Positions 12,397 to 26,790 of a DNA stretch of 64,000 nucleotides are shown here, piece by piece (within the stretch, counting starts at the first letter, position 1; the number at the start of each line of letters is the position of its first letter). A program made the translations under genes and the position numbers. Origin of the DNA: Octopus vulgaris (taxonomy: Eukaryota); the NCBI GenBank assembly GCA_951406725.2, contig OX597820.1, forward strand, positions 6,572,001-6,636,000, written 5' to 3'. Below the pieces are notes generated by a model. It had not been told where the DNA came from. It was given only the letters and a program-made list of their open reading frames with translations, and ran no database searches.

Positions 12397-12752
12397 TGGG
12401 GGACAGTCGATTACATCGACCCCAATACTCAACTGGTACTTAATGTATCGACTCCAAAAGGATGAAAGGCAAAGCCGACTTCGGCGGTATTTGTACCCAG
12501 AGAGTAGCGGTAGACGAAACACTGCTAAACATTTCGCTCGGCGCGCTAACAATTTGTCAGATTGCCGCCTTAATAATAATAATAATGGTGATAATGATTT
12601 AAAGTTTGGCTCTGGTACTTATTTTATCGCCCCCAGAAAGGATGAATGTTAAAGACGACGTCTGCAGAATATGGACTTAGAACGTGAATTCAGATGAAAT
12701 ACTGCTAAGCATATCGCTCGGCGTGCTAACGATTCTGCCAGCTCACCGCTTT
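12397..12752 (-). mobile_element. Two SINE family A copies in TAA tracts
   Basis: Family A motifs at ~12397-12570 and ~12610-12752. Confidence 0.75.
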
Positions 12753-12780
12753 AATAATAATAATAATAATAATAATAATG

Positions 12781-12893
12781 ATAATATATTCCTCAAACCA
12801 TTTCGAATGGTTAACAGATGCTCTTTTCTGTTTTCGGTTTTTCGTTTGTTTTACCCCTGTTAACCATTCGAAATGGTCTGAGGAATATATTAT
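12781..12893. repeat. 37-bp inverted repeat around a 39-bp spacer
   Basis: 12781-12817 pairs with 12857-12893 with one mismatch. Confidence 0.85.
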
Positions 12894-13249
12894 TATTATT
12901 ATTATTATACATATAACATTTAATCCAGAAACTTTGAGCAAATAGACAAGAACACAGAATGACATAAGAAAGGATTGTTATACAAAAAGGTCCTGGCCGC
13001 TATACAGTGGATTCTCGCATACGTAAGATCGCAGGTTGAAATACATGAATTAGTTTCGATTACCCGTCCAACAAAAGACAATATATATATTATACGACAA
13101 CGAATTCTAAAAAAACAGAAAAAGGATTTTAAAAAAATTAATTCAATGAAGATATCTCCAACAACAAAACAACAAGAGCCACTCGGAGTTTTGGAACATA
13201 AAGATAACCGAATTAGAAACCGATCGTCAAACTGAACCAGCTGGAACAA

Positions 13250-13288
13250 AATACATGTTTCAACCTCGTTGGTGTTCATCAGTGAGCC
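13250..13288 (-). ncRNA. Degenerate hammerhead motif
   Basis: CTGATGA-ACACCAACGAGGTT-GAAAC-AT-GTA; stem I not paired. Confidence 0.4.
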
Positions 13289-13896
13289 ACAAGCTGGCGA
13301 TATATAGAAATGACTATGTTTATGAACATACGTATACTCACACACATACACACACACAAATATCTGTATATCTTTGCGCACATATATATGTATGTGTCTA
13401 TGTATATGCGTTATATATGCACACACTCGATATGCGTACGATTCAGGGTGTGTTAATTATTGAGCCATAGTTTGTGAGTGTGTGCATGTAAGTGTTTTTC
13501 TCTGTGTATGTGTGTGTGAGAAATATATACAAACATTAATCAACGGCATTGATTAGAATGCAGACGATAAACAATCTACAATAAATATCCGTAATAACAC
13601 TCGATCGCGCAACATTAGCGGTGCATGGCTTTAGATTTAGCAAATTTTCTAGACAACTATAAATGGAGTATCTAACTCGGAATCAAATTACTTCTTTTCT
13701 CAGGTTCAGCTAAGTTAAGACGTTGTTAAAAGCACTTCACTCCTAAAAAGATTCGGTTTGCTTTACAATGAAGGTGTTGCTCTTCCGACTTTTGTTAATA
13801 ATACTCAAGATCTCAAAAATTTCACCCTCGTGTCACTCACCATGACTACATGCAGTTCTTAGCTGACATTTTCCATTTGTTTACTTGCATTCATAC

Positions 13897-13963
<67 letters not shown>

Positions 13964-14085
13964 TATACATATATATACATATATACATATATATACACAC
14001 ATATATATATATATACACACATATATATATATATACACACATATATATATATATACATATGTATACATATACATATATATATACA

Positions 14086-14141
<56 letters not shown>

Positions 14142-14150
14142 AGTGTGTAT

Positions 14151-14182
<32 letters not shown>

Positions 14183-14538
14183 GCTTCTTCTTTAGAGAGA
14201 CATTAGTTCATTATCTGATCAGTCCATGCTTCATCATTATCCAATCTAGTCCAACATATAACATACATAGAATAACATGATAACGCAAAGAAATAATTGA
14301 AGAAATAAATATATAATGAATACCATAGGAAATAAATAGAGAAATAAATAGAAAAATCGCTACGTAAATTGTTCATTGTCTGATATTGAGATATAGACAT
14401 TCCAGAAAGAATGATACTTACGCGTTCGGTGAGTGGCTTCTGGAAAAACAATATTTTAATAACATGAAAAAAATGTCTATTTCAAATGTACATGTATATA
14501 TATATGTTGATATTGATATTTATATATCGAGATATATC

Positions 14539-14578
<40 letters not shown>

Positions 14579-14896
14579 TATATAGATATAGATATATATT
14601 GATACATATATATGTATATATATATATATATATGTATGTATATTATATTATATATATGAATGTATGTATACATATATATACATGCACATAATATATATAT
14701 ATTCACACATATGTTGACTATATTCCATGGGTAAATGCGTGCAAAATAATTTATAAGTGAAGATAGCCAAGAGCAGTGTGCCGCTTAATTCCTGTTAAAT
14801 AAGAGCGAAAATATAAAGAAATAGAAAGAAAATGATGAACAGTTATGGTGTGATGAATGATAAATGGGAGTGTGAACGGGAGTGAATACAACAATG

Positions 14897-14968
<72 letters not shown>

Positions 14969-16405
14969 TTACCACTTCCGGTAATCGTGACCGGAATTAG
15001 TCACTCGCCATGTTAAAAAAAATATGCTGAGTCAGTCAGAAAAGTATACACTTTACATATTATATGGGAAGTAATTATACGTGAGTTATGAGGAGCTACG
15101 GTTTTTCTTTTTGTTTTACATTGTAGTTGAAGTTTTGCTATGAATATGGTTCTTGGCCGACTCTGTAAATTTGCTTTAGTTTCTATGTAGAAAACTTTAA
15201 AAAGAAAAATGTGGAGATGTGTTGCTTTATTGGTCTCAAAATGTTTGGTGTACATACGATAAGTCATTCTCCTAACAAGAATCGTATAGTTGCTGAAATT
15301 GAAACGGGTGTGAGATATGTTTGAAATGATGTAAGGAACATAATTATATATTTTAAAATGTGGTGTTTCCTGGGGACCAACTTTTCATAAGGGAGATAGA
15401 CAATTCAAAAATCAATCTCGTTGAGTTAGGAGTTCGAATTTTAAGTCTATGAGTATTGAGGAAGTTGCGTCGAATATACAGAGTTAATATTTTTTCTTGC
15501 TCGTTACAAGGTTGTCAAAATTTCTAGTCCGGCTTAACCGTGTATAAAACCATTTCATTATCATTTTAAATCGTCAACATGATGAAACTCCTATAAAAAA
15601 AATTAAACTAAATCATATGGTTGTTGTAATTAAAATGGGCTTGCAGTTTTGAGAATGATTTATAATGACATAAAACTCATAATTATGTAGTTGTAATTAA
15701 AATGGGTTTACAACTAAGGCTAATTATAATATTACACCACATATATCTTTTATATCATTAAGCTAACATTAATGAATATTTATTGATAACTAGGTAGGTC
15801 TGTCATGAATCATTCCAGCGATCTAAGCGGTCTGAAGGCTAGCTCTGTCTCTGATAAACATTCTATAGACGACTGAGTCCTTTTTCTTTCTGTGCATGTT
15901 ATGTTAACGATATCTGGCTACTGGCAGCAGGTTGAAACTAAACTGGTAAGAGTAGTTTAGTGTTGCACGCGATATGCAACATCAAGCCGACCATGATTTC
16001 ACAACAAATATCTTAAACTCAGTTAAATTCTTGTGATCTATACCTCGCCCTCTTTACTAACCAGTGTTCTGACAACATATCAAGAGATATTTTACAAAGA
16101 CATCAGAGTTTCAAAAGCTCCTTTTTTGGTACATAATCACTTATTGACTCAAATCAGTTGATCTTTATTAATCAACTTTTTAATCTTTACAGATGATTGA
16201 TAAAGATTCCCTCCTAGATTCAGTTTAATCAGGCGTGATCTTTCCTATAAAAAGGAAGTAAGGTGTTGGAATGTAATCTTCTTGTGGGTCGCTTTTTCTT
16301 AGTTTATCTCTAGAGTGATAAACTTCGTGATATATACGTATTTTCCAAAGATATGTTTACCGATAACATAACACCAAGGTCCGGGATTATTTCACATAAA
16401 TTTAC

Positions 16406-16441
<36 letters not shown>

Positions 16442-16489
16442 CATGTATTCAGATTACACTATATTCTCCAACTATCTAGCTATCTACTC

Positions 16490-16562
<73 letters not shown>

Positions 16563-16899
16563 CACATACACACATATATTATATGTATGTCGAGAAATCC
16601 TGATATCATTCTGATTTCTATTTGTTTGCACTGAGAGCCATTCCAAGGAAAATATTATGGGAGATGTGGAGCTTCACAGTGAGATTACAAATAGAGAAAG
16701 AGAGAGAGAGAGAGATAGAAAGAGAGAGAGAGAGAGATAGAAAGAGAGAGAGAATGATAGGTCTTAATTACTGGTATCCGCAGAAAGCAGTCTGATGTTA
16801 TCTCTCAAACAACCAAATACACGCGACCATAATCGTATAACGGAAAACGTTTTATTACAGGTGCGCAAATGATCTTAGAATCCAAATTCTTATTGACTT

Positions 16900-17090
16900 C
16901 AAATTTTGGAAGAAGTCCCAAAATTTCAAGGGAGGGGGTAAGTCGATTCCATCCATCCCAGTACTCAACTGGTTACCTATTTTATCGACCCTGAGAAGGT
17001 GAAAGACAAAGTGGACCTCGGCGGAATTAGGGTTAGGGTGCCGCTGAGTATTTTGTTTTGTGTTCTAACAATGCGACCAGCTCGCCGTTT
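16900..17090 (-). mobile_element. Degraded SINE family A
   Basis: TTTATCGACCCTGAGAAGGTGAAAGACAAAGTGGACCTCGGCGGAATT. Confidence 0.65.
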
Positions 17091-17188
17091 TAGCAGCCAC
17101 ATTAATATTATCCCTGGGCCGAGGTCTTCTACACCACAACCCCTACCAAAACTAATTATAAAGCACATAATCACATAAATATTTTGAG

Positions 17189-17236
<48 letters not shown>

Positions 17237-17373
17237 TACATACACACACAGATGAATAACTGCAAAGATGCACACATTCATATGTGTACACCCACCCACA
17301 CATACGTAGGTATATGTAGATATATGTACATATATATACATATATGTACGTATATATATATATATATAATTAT

Positions 17374-17486
<113 letters not shown>

Positions 17487-18033
17487 ATACAGGTGTATAT
17501 ATATAGTTGTGCATGAGTGTGCTATGTAAATGTCTGTGTGTGTGTGTGCCTGTGCATGTGTCTTTATACATATAAAGATATTCAAAGACACATCTATGTG
17601 TATTACTTAATTCGATATTCTTTTCCTTTCAATCTCATCAGATCGTCTGTCTATCTGGGAATCTCTTTATAGTTTATTAACATTAATATAGATATTAATA
17701 TTAATGATAAAATAAATATAAAGGCTTGTTTGATGTTGTCCTGTTTGTGTTTTTTCCTTACACCGTTGACGCATTGCATCACATTCACGTCCTGGACAGT
17801 CTTGGACAGTTTAACGAAATTGTTACTAATTATAATATACATGACTGTCTTACTTCACATTGGTAAATATTATATTACTTTAACAGATAATTATAATGCG
17901 TTACTGAATCCTTTATACATAAAGATATACATGCATATGTATAAATGTTATCATTGATTATTTCTGTCGGAATTAGGACGGTACTCCAATCACCATACTG
18001 GAAAATTGTGCCCATATCTAGGGTGGTATTACT

Positions 18034-18262
18034 AAGGCGGCGAGCTCTCAGAATCGTTAGCACGGCCGGCGAAATGCTTAATCGTATTTCGTCTGCCGTT
18101 ACGTTCTGAGTTCAAATTCCGCCGAGGTCAACTTTGCCTTTCATCCTTTCGGGGTCGATTAAATAAGTACCAGTTATGCACTGGAGTCGATATAATCGAC
18201 TTAATCCGTTTGTCTGTCCTTGTTTATCCTCTCTGTGTTTAGCTCCTTGTGGGTAAGAAATA
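18034..18262 (+). mobile_element. SINE family A flanked by a 55-bp direct duplication
   Basis: Flanks 17980-18034 and 18263-18317, 3 mismatches. Confidence 0.85.
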
Positions 18263-18449
18263 GGTACTACAATCACCATACTGGACAATTGTCCCCATAT
18301 CTAGGGTGGTATTACTACTAGAGCTATCATAGCTGTGGGTGGGCTATTCTTCATATAGCTATCACAATAGAATGTCTTCAGTATCCTGGATAGAGATGCA
18401 ACTATGCCGACCACCACAGAAATATCGCTCCAGTATATTTTACATGCCA

Positions 18450-18688
18450 AAAGGCAGAAACGAGCTGGCAGAACCATTAGCACGCCGGGCGAAATGCGTA
18501 GCCGTATTTCGTCTGACGTTACGTTCTGGGTTCAAATTCCGCCGAGGTCAACTTTGCCTTTCATCCTTTCGGGGTCGATAAATTAAGTACCAGTTACGCA
18601 CTGGGGACGATGTAATCGACTTAACCCGTTTGGCTGTCCTTGTTTGCCCTCTCTGTGTTTAGACCCTTGTGGGTAGTAAAGAAATATA
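18450..18688 (+). mobile_element. SINE family A with target-site duplication
   Basis: TATATTTTACATGCCA on both sides. Confidence 0.85.
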
Positions 18689-20450
18689 TATTTTACATGC
18701 CACATGGTCACGGTCAATGAGGAGGTATCTTCTGGAGATGGGGACTGATGGGGCCTGATAGAGGACCCGGCAATATACCGACAGATGGTGAATGCAGCAT
18801 CGGCACGTGCCTCCATACTTGGCCTGATATTGTTCGGTGCAGAACTGCACTCATCACAATGAATATTTTTTCACTTCTGGTCAACCCCACCCCTCCAAAG
18901 GTGCCTAATTTGTTTGACATAGGATCGTCTACCAGCACACCACTTTTACTGCCACATTATTCTGCTTTCACTAATAGAGAAACAGTGCCAGGGATTCAAA
19001 ACGCCAGCCTTCTCAGATATAGCGATTCCAATTGAGGTTTTGTATTAAGTTTACACGTGTCTGTAGAATCTTCAACCACTTTCACTATAATACAACGGGT
19101 AGGAAAATTCAGTTGATGGAACAAAAGAATTACTCTTGGACACAGATGACTGAGATCCGCCTAGTTTATTCGCCACCCAGTAGGTTGTACCCTTTATTGA
19201 GAGCTAAGTAGGACTTTAGGGATATTTAACTAGTATGTCTAGCAGGTGGCCTGACCAGTAGAGATTTCAGGACACTCCTCGACTGTGTTTCTGCGAATGT
19301 CAACTACCAGATAGAGAATTTCTCAATCAAATGCGCATATCTCGACCATGAAAGTCCCACGCAGTCCCGTATTTATGAGGATTATGAGAAACACCTCTTT
19401 CTGACCGAAACACCACAAAGAAGATACATTTGACATTTATAATTGTGGACTAATGTATTTCAATCGAAAACTCACTGCGGTAGGTTCTAACTTCAACATT
19501 TCAATCATTTACTCAGTTCCATCCCTGAATTCTATTCCCCAAAGACTGTGTCTTTGAATCCTTCCCTATCTCAGTGTTGGCAGGACCATATATAATTTCG
19601 CTCTAAGCAGTTCTAAGAACGAATTCTATACATTTTTTTATCAATGTAAATCTATAGATATAAAAATAAATATTTTGATATATATTTCATAATTATTTCT
19701 AAACAAAGGCACCGTTGTTTTAAAGGGGTTTCAATGGACTAAACATTGATGTACTGCATTTCTCCTAGCGAGAGCGACAAAGTGGCCCCTTCCTGTTGTT
19801 ATGAAAACCCGATTATGTTTGAAGCGCCGTTGTTAAAAAATGATGTAATCATAGCAATAATTCCTTCAAATTTTGGTACAGGACCAGCAGTTTTAAAGAA
19901 GGAGATAAGGGGAATAGAGCGAGCCCATTGTGCTGCTGGTACTTTATTTCATGACCCCTGTTAGAGTAAAAGGCAAAGTCTATCTCCGCGAGACTCGGAC
20001 TGAGTTAGTATGTTACCGTTGATAAGAATATAGTAATTTTCTTTTCTGTAATGTAGACTTGGCCGTGTAGATATTAAAGAATTGCAGCCGGTTTCTCTAA
20101 TATAGAAGATATAAAACTCTACTGTATTGCTTTTTTATTTCCCTCCTGTCAATTTTGACAAGATGAAGAAAAACAGTCCGAAACGTTACATACTCTATTT
20201 CACTTTCTGTCGCTGTTTCCAAATAATACAAAACATTCTGAAGAACCACACCAACCGCCTTCGATTCATTTTCATCTAATTCACTCTGAGTTGGGAATGT
20301 TTTAAACACTCGTAAAAATATGTTTAACTTGCCATCTGTTCGGCATCATGTGGCGATGCTTCCTTTACGGAGCAAGTTAAATATGCTAAATTTCTGGGCT
20401 GTATATATTTATTAAATATAAAACACACACACACTCACACATATATATGA

Positions 20451-20485
<35 letters not shown>

Positions 20486-21419
20486 CGTGCGTGTGTATGT
20501 ACTTGTACGTAAATAAATTCATATGTATGTATGTGTGTGTGTGAGTGTATATATATATATATATTTGTGCGTATGTATGCATTCAGCCATCTCTATGCTA
20601 TCAAAACATATGTGTATATTGATATAATAATTACTTCGCTACAATGTACATTATGGTTATTTTTAATGTGTATTAACGATCAGAACAGATAATGGTTAAA
20701 AGTCTTGAAGAATACTGAAATCGGAATAAGAGATGATATATAAAGAAATCTGCACAAGAATTGCGCAATAAAAGGACGATTTAACATTATTATTATTTTT
20801 ATTATTATTATTATCATCATTATTATTATTGATCGATATGGAGGAAATGTGTTTATTATGTACTCTCTTTTCTGTTTGTGATTGGTTGTGTGTGTGTGTG
20901 AAGTGTGTGTGTGTGTGAAGTGTATGTGTGTGTGTCTATTTTGGTCTCTGCAATGTGAGTGTGAAAGTGTGTGTATGTATGTGTATATATATGCATGTGT
21001 CTGTGTGTGTATTTATATATAGATATGTATGTGTATATATATATATATATGCGTGTATCTGTGTGTGTATTTATATATAGATATGTATGTGCGTATGTAT
21101 GTACATATGTGTGAGTGAGTGGAAATAGTTGTGCATATGGTTCTATACGTGTATATGTTTATGTCTGAATGTGTGTATGTGAGTGTATATATGTGATTCT
21201 CTGTTTGTGAAGGTGTGTGATCGTACAAATGTGTCTAAGTGCATGCGATAAAGTTTTCAATACACACATATATACATCACATTGACATTTATGTGTATAT
21301 GTTCTGTGTATATGCATATGTGTGTGTGTGTTTATATAAGTGCTTGAGTGATTGTGTACATGTAATCATTTTTGCATATATGTATATACATATCGTTCTT
21401 TTATCTTTTACACGTCTCT

Positions 21420-21775
21420 GATATTAGTTTGTGGCCATACTGGGGCACCTGCTTCAAGAATGTTTTGTCGGAAGAGTCGGTACTTATATTTTTTTAATGT
21501 TTAAAGTCTGGTACATATTCTAGCAGAACTGCTAGATTACGGGGACATAAGCACACCAACACCGGCTGCTAAGCAGTGGTGAGCAACAAGCTCAGACACA
21601 AAGTCCTACACACACGTATACGAAGGGCTTCTTTCAGTTTCCGTCTACGCGATGCCGGCAAAAGTCTTTAGTCAGCCCAAGGCTAAGGTAAAAATCACAC
21701 TGCCATGCAGTGGGACTGAACCCGGTAGCATGTGGTTGGGAAACATACTTCTTGCCACACAGCCGCACCTACGCC
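21420..21775 (-). mobile_element. Degraded SINE family C
   Basis: CTTCTTTCAGTTTCCGTCTAC..CAGTGGGACTGAACCC..ATGTGGTTGG..CCACACAGCC. Confidence 0.7.
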
Positions 21776-22391
21776 TCATCCATGTAACTATAGGTATGTA
21801 ATTGCCCAGGTGAATATACAATTGTCAGTATATATACATAAATGTACATTTGATTGTGTATATGTGAATGTTTATATATGAAGGTGTGTATACGATTACA
21901 TCTGAGAGAGTATATTCCATATACGCATTTTCCAATGTGAAGGAGTATGTGAATATGTATGTATATGCCTACTGTTGTGTCGCATGTGTCTAAATGAATG
22001 ATTATCATGTATGTATATGCATATAATTGTACTCTATGCAAATCGTTGTATTGGGTGGGCGTATGCATATGGTTGCGTTATATGTATATATACACACACA
22101 CACACATATGCATGTATGTAAGTATATATATACACATGTATAAATAAATATATATACATATACACATACAAATATATATATATACATATATACATACAAA
22201 TATATATATATACATATATACATACAAATATATATATATACATATATACATACAAATATATATATATACATATATACATACAAATATATATATATACCTA
22301 TATATATATATATATATATATATACATGCAAATATACATATATACATACACATATACATATATATATACATATATATATACACATGTATAA

Positions 22392-22456
<65 letters not shown>

Positions 22457-22645
22457 CTGTGTATTCATTAGTAATATTATACAATCGTTTTGAACTGAAA
22501 TTGATGTATCTTAAAAATATGTTTTTCACTAAAATGTGTTTACATCGTGGCTAGGATTCTGCATACACTGTGACGGCAGATTCTTCATATACGCCCGTGT
22601 GCTGGTGTGCGTTTGGACATCTGTACGTAAACATCTGCATGTTTG

Positions 22646-22696
<51 letters not shown>

Positions 22697-22943
22697 AAAT
22701 GCGTACGTATGCATACCAATAAGTATACATATAGAGAGAGGCACACACACACACACATATATATACATATATATGTACGTACGTATGTCTCTATCTATAT
22801 GAACATGCGTGTATATATATATGTATATATATATATATGTATGTGTATATATATATATATGTATGTATATATATATATGTATGTATATATATATATATGT
22901 ATGTATATATATATATATGTATGTGTATATATATATATATGTA

Positions 22944-22995
<52 letters not shown>

Positions 22996-23217
22996 TGTGT
23001 ATGTATATATATGTATATATATATATATATATGTATGTGTATATATATGTATATATATATATGAAACAGTTTTGTGCCTAATAATCTCATGATTGTTTAA
23101 TATAAAACAAAACAATCTTAATGAAATAATAGAACAAATACATCACGATGATGATGATGATGATGATGAAAACGATGATGAAATGATGATGATGATGATG
23201 ATGAAAATGATGATGAA

Positions 23218-23250
<33 letters not shown>

Positions 23251-23791
23251 GTGGTGATGATGGTGGTGATTGTGATGTTAACAGCATTATTAACTGTCTC
23301 GTATTTCCAGAAAACTTTTGAAATGTCTCTTTTCAATGTGAAATTCGATTCGTCGATTGTTTATTTTCAAAAGCATTAAATCAAAACAACCGTGATTGCT
23401 CTCCTAATGACTTTTTAACGAAACAGGCCAATAAGTGGGGAGCGCACGATGCTCCACTCCATCTGCTGGTAGTAGTAACCAAATCTCAATCTAACGTAAG
23501 AAGGATGAAGATATTTTTCATTCAGGATATCCTTAGGGCATTATCCAACGTGGCCTGAATTAGCCGTAAGTTGCTATGATGGGTTGATGGAGGTGAGAGA
23601 AGTTTGGCTGTTAGTTGCAGCAGGTCAAGAAACCACACAGATGCTGTCCTATTTTATTGTGGGAGAATGAGATGGAGAGAAAGAAAGAGATGGATAAAGT
23701 GGGAGAGAGAGAGAAAGGGTGGCGGTGACATAGTTAGAAACTCTAACCTCAGGCTATCGAATGAACCCCAACGACGAAGGACCTTTTAGAC

Positions 23792-24081
23792 CAGTAGTCC
23801 TCAACAGGGGCCCATATGATCCACTGGTGGGGTCATATGATGCTTTGGGGGTCGTCATATGATCCCTTAGGTGTCCATGTAACCTTTGCAGGCTCCAGAT
23901 AAGATTTTCATGTTAAAATTTACATAAAATATTTGTGTTTATACATTTCCTAATAATATTTGAATATAAAAATATCAGGGGAATGTTTTAAACATCAAAG
24001 ATCTAGGTAGGGTGGGTGTTCCTGCAGAGTAAAATTGGAATCAAAGAGGTCCAGGGGTAAAATAACGGTGGAGAAGCATTG
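23792..24081. mobile_element. hAT/Charlie-type MITE
   Basis: Decayed TIRs CAGTAGTCCTCAAC/GTGGAGAAGCATTG; 8-bp flanks TTTTAGAC/CATTAGAT resemble the NTCTAGAN target. Confidence 0.65.
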
Positions 24082-24409
24082 CATTAGATAATGTAGTTCT
24101 AGATAGACTATGCCTGAAGAAAAGATTGGATGTTCATGCCATCAACATTAGCAGGAAGCACATATTAGAAAATGCATTCCTAGATACACTTGATCTGAAT
24201 AAAAATGCCTTGTTCAGGCTGGGAACACTTTTCGTAAAAGGCCTGCTCGGGACAAATAGATCAGGGATTACACAGCAACAATAATATGAAGAACATATCA
24301 GAAATTGTATTCTAAGATAGGCTGTACCCGACTAAAAATAAAGGCAACAATAGCGGGGACACATTTGGTTATCATGGATCTATATAAAAGAGAAACGAGG
24401 ATTATAATT

Positions 24410-24625
24410 GGTTTCAAATTTTGGCTCAAGGCCAGCAATTTTGGGATGGCGTTAGTAGTGAATTACATCGACCCAAGTACTCAGTTGGTACTTCTTTTAT
24501 CGACCCTGAAAGGATTTAAAGCAAACTCGACTTCGGCTGCATTTGAACTCAGAACGTAAGGACGGACGAAATGTCGCTAAGCATTTTGCCTCACGTGCTA
24601 ACGATTTTGCCACGTCACCGACTTA
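24410..24625 (-). mobile_element. SINE family A
   Basis: Family motifs on the minus strand. Confidence 0.75.
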
Positions 24626-24841
24626 ATGGAGAGTGTAATTAAAATTAAATTGACTCCGGGCATATATGGAGCTGAACATCGAGTGAGTTCTCTAATTACT
24701 CCTTGCTACTCACAATTATTAAAGTACCATTATTAAAATGTATTTCTCCTCATAATCTGATAACTGTGTAGGTCGCGTGACGGGGCGTGGGGTGAGGCAT
24801 GCTAGAGAGAAGGATAAAATACTTTGCGGTATTTTGTAGTT

Positions 24842-25076
24842 AAGGCGGCGAGATGGCAGAAACGTTAGCACGCCGGGCGAAATGCGTAGCCGTATTTCAT
24901 CTGCCGTTACGTTCTTAGTTCAAATTCCGCCGAGGTCGACTTTGCCTTTCATCCTTTCGGGGTCGATAAACTAAGTACCAGTCACGTACTGGAGTCGATG
25001 TAATCGACTTAATCCGTTTGTCTGTTCTTGATTGTTCCCCTCTATGTTTAGCCCCTTGTGGGTAGTAAAGAAATAG
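24842..25076 (+). mobile_element. SINE family A with target-site duplication
   Basis: GGTATTTTGTAGTT on both sides. Confidence 0.85.
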
Positions 25077-26059
25077 GTATTTTGTAGTTTTGGTGTTCAT
25101 ATCTTGCGAAGGTCAATTGCAATAATACCAGATATATACTAGGACTAGTATAGCTGAGTAGACTAATTGTGTGTGTGTGTGTGAGTCTGAATGTGTGTCA
25201 TTATGCTAATGTAGAAAGTTATAATATGGCGGTGCAATCTTTATGTGAATCTCTGAGCTACATTGATGACACCATTAGAGAAGGATAGCAGAGAGGGGGA
25301 GAGAGTGATAGACAGAATGAGGGAGAGATTGAAAGACGAGAAAGGCAATAATGCGAGACAGAGAAGCGAGTGTGAGGGAAAGAGCGAAGGAGAAAGAAAG
25401 AGAGGGGAGGAGGAAGAGAAAAAAGGAATTGTGAGACAGAGAGATTGAGAGAGAGGGGGAAGAGTGACAGACAATAATATGAAGAACATATCAGAAATTG
25501 TATTCCAAGATAGGCTGTACCCGACTAAAAGTAAAGCCAACAATGGCTTGGGCACATTTGGTTATCATGGTTCTATATAAAAGAGAAACGAGGATTATAG
25601 TTGGTTTCAAATTTTGGTTTTCAAATTGTGACAGACAGGGAGAGAAGAAGTGAGCGGGAATATTATTGTGTGTGTATGTGTCGGATACACAGAGGAAAGA
25701 GAGTTGGGGAGAAAATATATAAATGGAGAAAGAGAGAGTGGAGAGAGAGTGAGAGAGAGAGGAGGGGTATGTGTGTTAGACAGAGATAGAGGGAGAGAGA
25801 GAGAGAGAGAGGAATAATATAACGGAAGCAAAGAGAGAAATATGTTTAAAGTAGAAATATAATTCGATTGGTTGTTGTTAACTCCAGGATTAACCTGATT
25901 GACTAGAGATCCTCACCGTGACAATTCCGCTTCATTCTCTCCCGAGCAAACTAAACAGCACTATATTATGTCTTCTTCTCTAAGAGGGCATTGTCTGGGA
26001 AGACTTAGCTTCTATGTCTAGCAGTGTGAGCGACATGTGGTGAAGGTGGCAAATTGTAA

Positions 26060-26734
26060 AGTATAAAGATAGGAAGTAGTAGTAGTAGTAGTTGCAGGAG
26101 GCGGTGGAGGAGGTAGAAGTGGAGGAGGTGGTAGAGAAGGAAGAGGAGGGGTGGAGGAGGGAGAGAAGGGTTAGGGTGGGAGAGGAAGAAAAATAGGAGA
26201 GATGGTGAATGTCAGAGTAAGAAAAAAGAGAGAAAGAAGATGAAGAGTGAAATGAAGGTGATAGTAGGAGGAGTTGGAAGAGGGAAGGAGATGGAAGGGA
26301 GAAAAGAAGAGAGAGAGAGGAGGAGGAGGATATGAGGGGGAGAGAAGAGACTAAGAAGAAGACGAAAATTGGATGAGCAGGGAGAGATGAGTTAGAGGCA
26401 GACCCTGAAAGGGGTGGGGTGAGAAACAGAATGTGAGGCAACGAGATAGGAGGGGGAGGAGGGAAAGTGTGAGCGAGAAAGGAGTAGCGAAAGAGAGAGA
26501 GAGAGATAGAGAGAGACAGAGGGAGAGAGAGAAAGAGAGAGAGAGAGAGAGTGAGAAAGAGTGAGAGAGAATTAGAGAGAGAGAGGGTGGAGAGAGAGAG
26601 AGTGTGTGTGAGAGAGAGGGGGGAGAGAGAGTGAGAGAGAGTGAGAGAGAGGGAGAGAGGGCGTGAGAGTGAGAGAGAGGAAGCAAGATATAGTGATTGA
26701 AAGACAGTGAGAGACAGAGAGAGTGAGAGAGAAT

Positions 26735-26770
<36 letters not shown>

Positions 26771-26790
26771 TTGAGAGAGAGAGAGAGAGA
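26060..26790. repeat. Purine-rich/(GA)n low-complexity tract
   Basis: Direct reading. Confidence 0.9.

Noticed and set aside
20097-20340. Minus-strand ORF FKTFPTQSELDENESKAVGVVLQNVLYYLETATESEI with a GTATGT donor-like site
   Set aside because: Weak acceptor, no recognisable protein, no partner exons; the plus strand has a degenerate hammerhead-like string (AGATGAAGA..TCCGAAACGTTA) suggesting repeat origin. RNA-seq could overturn this
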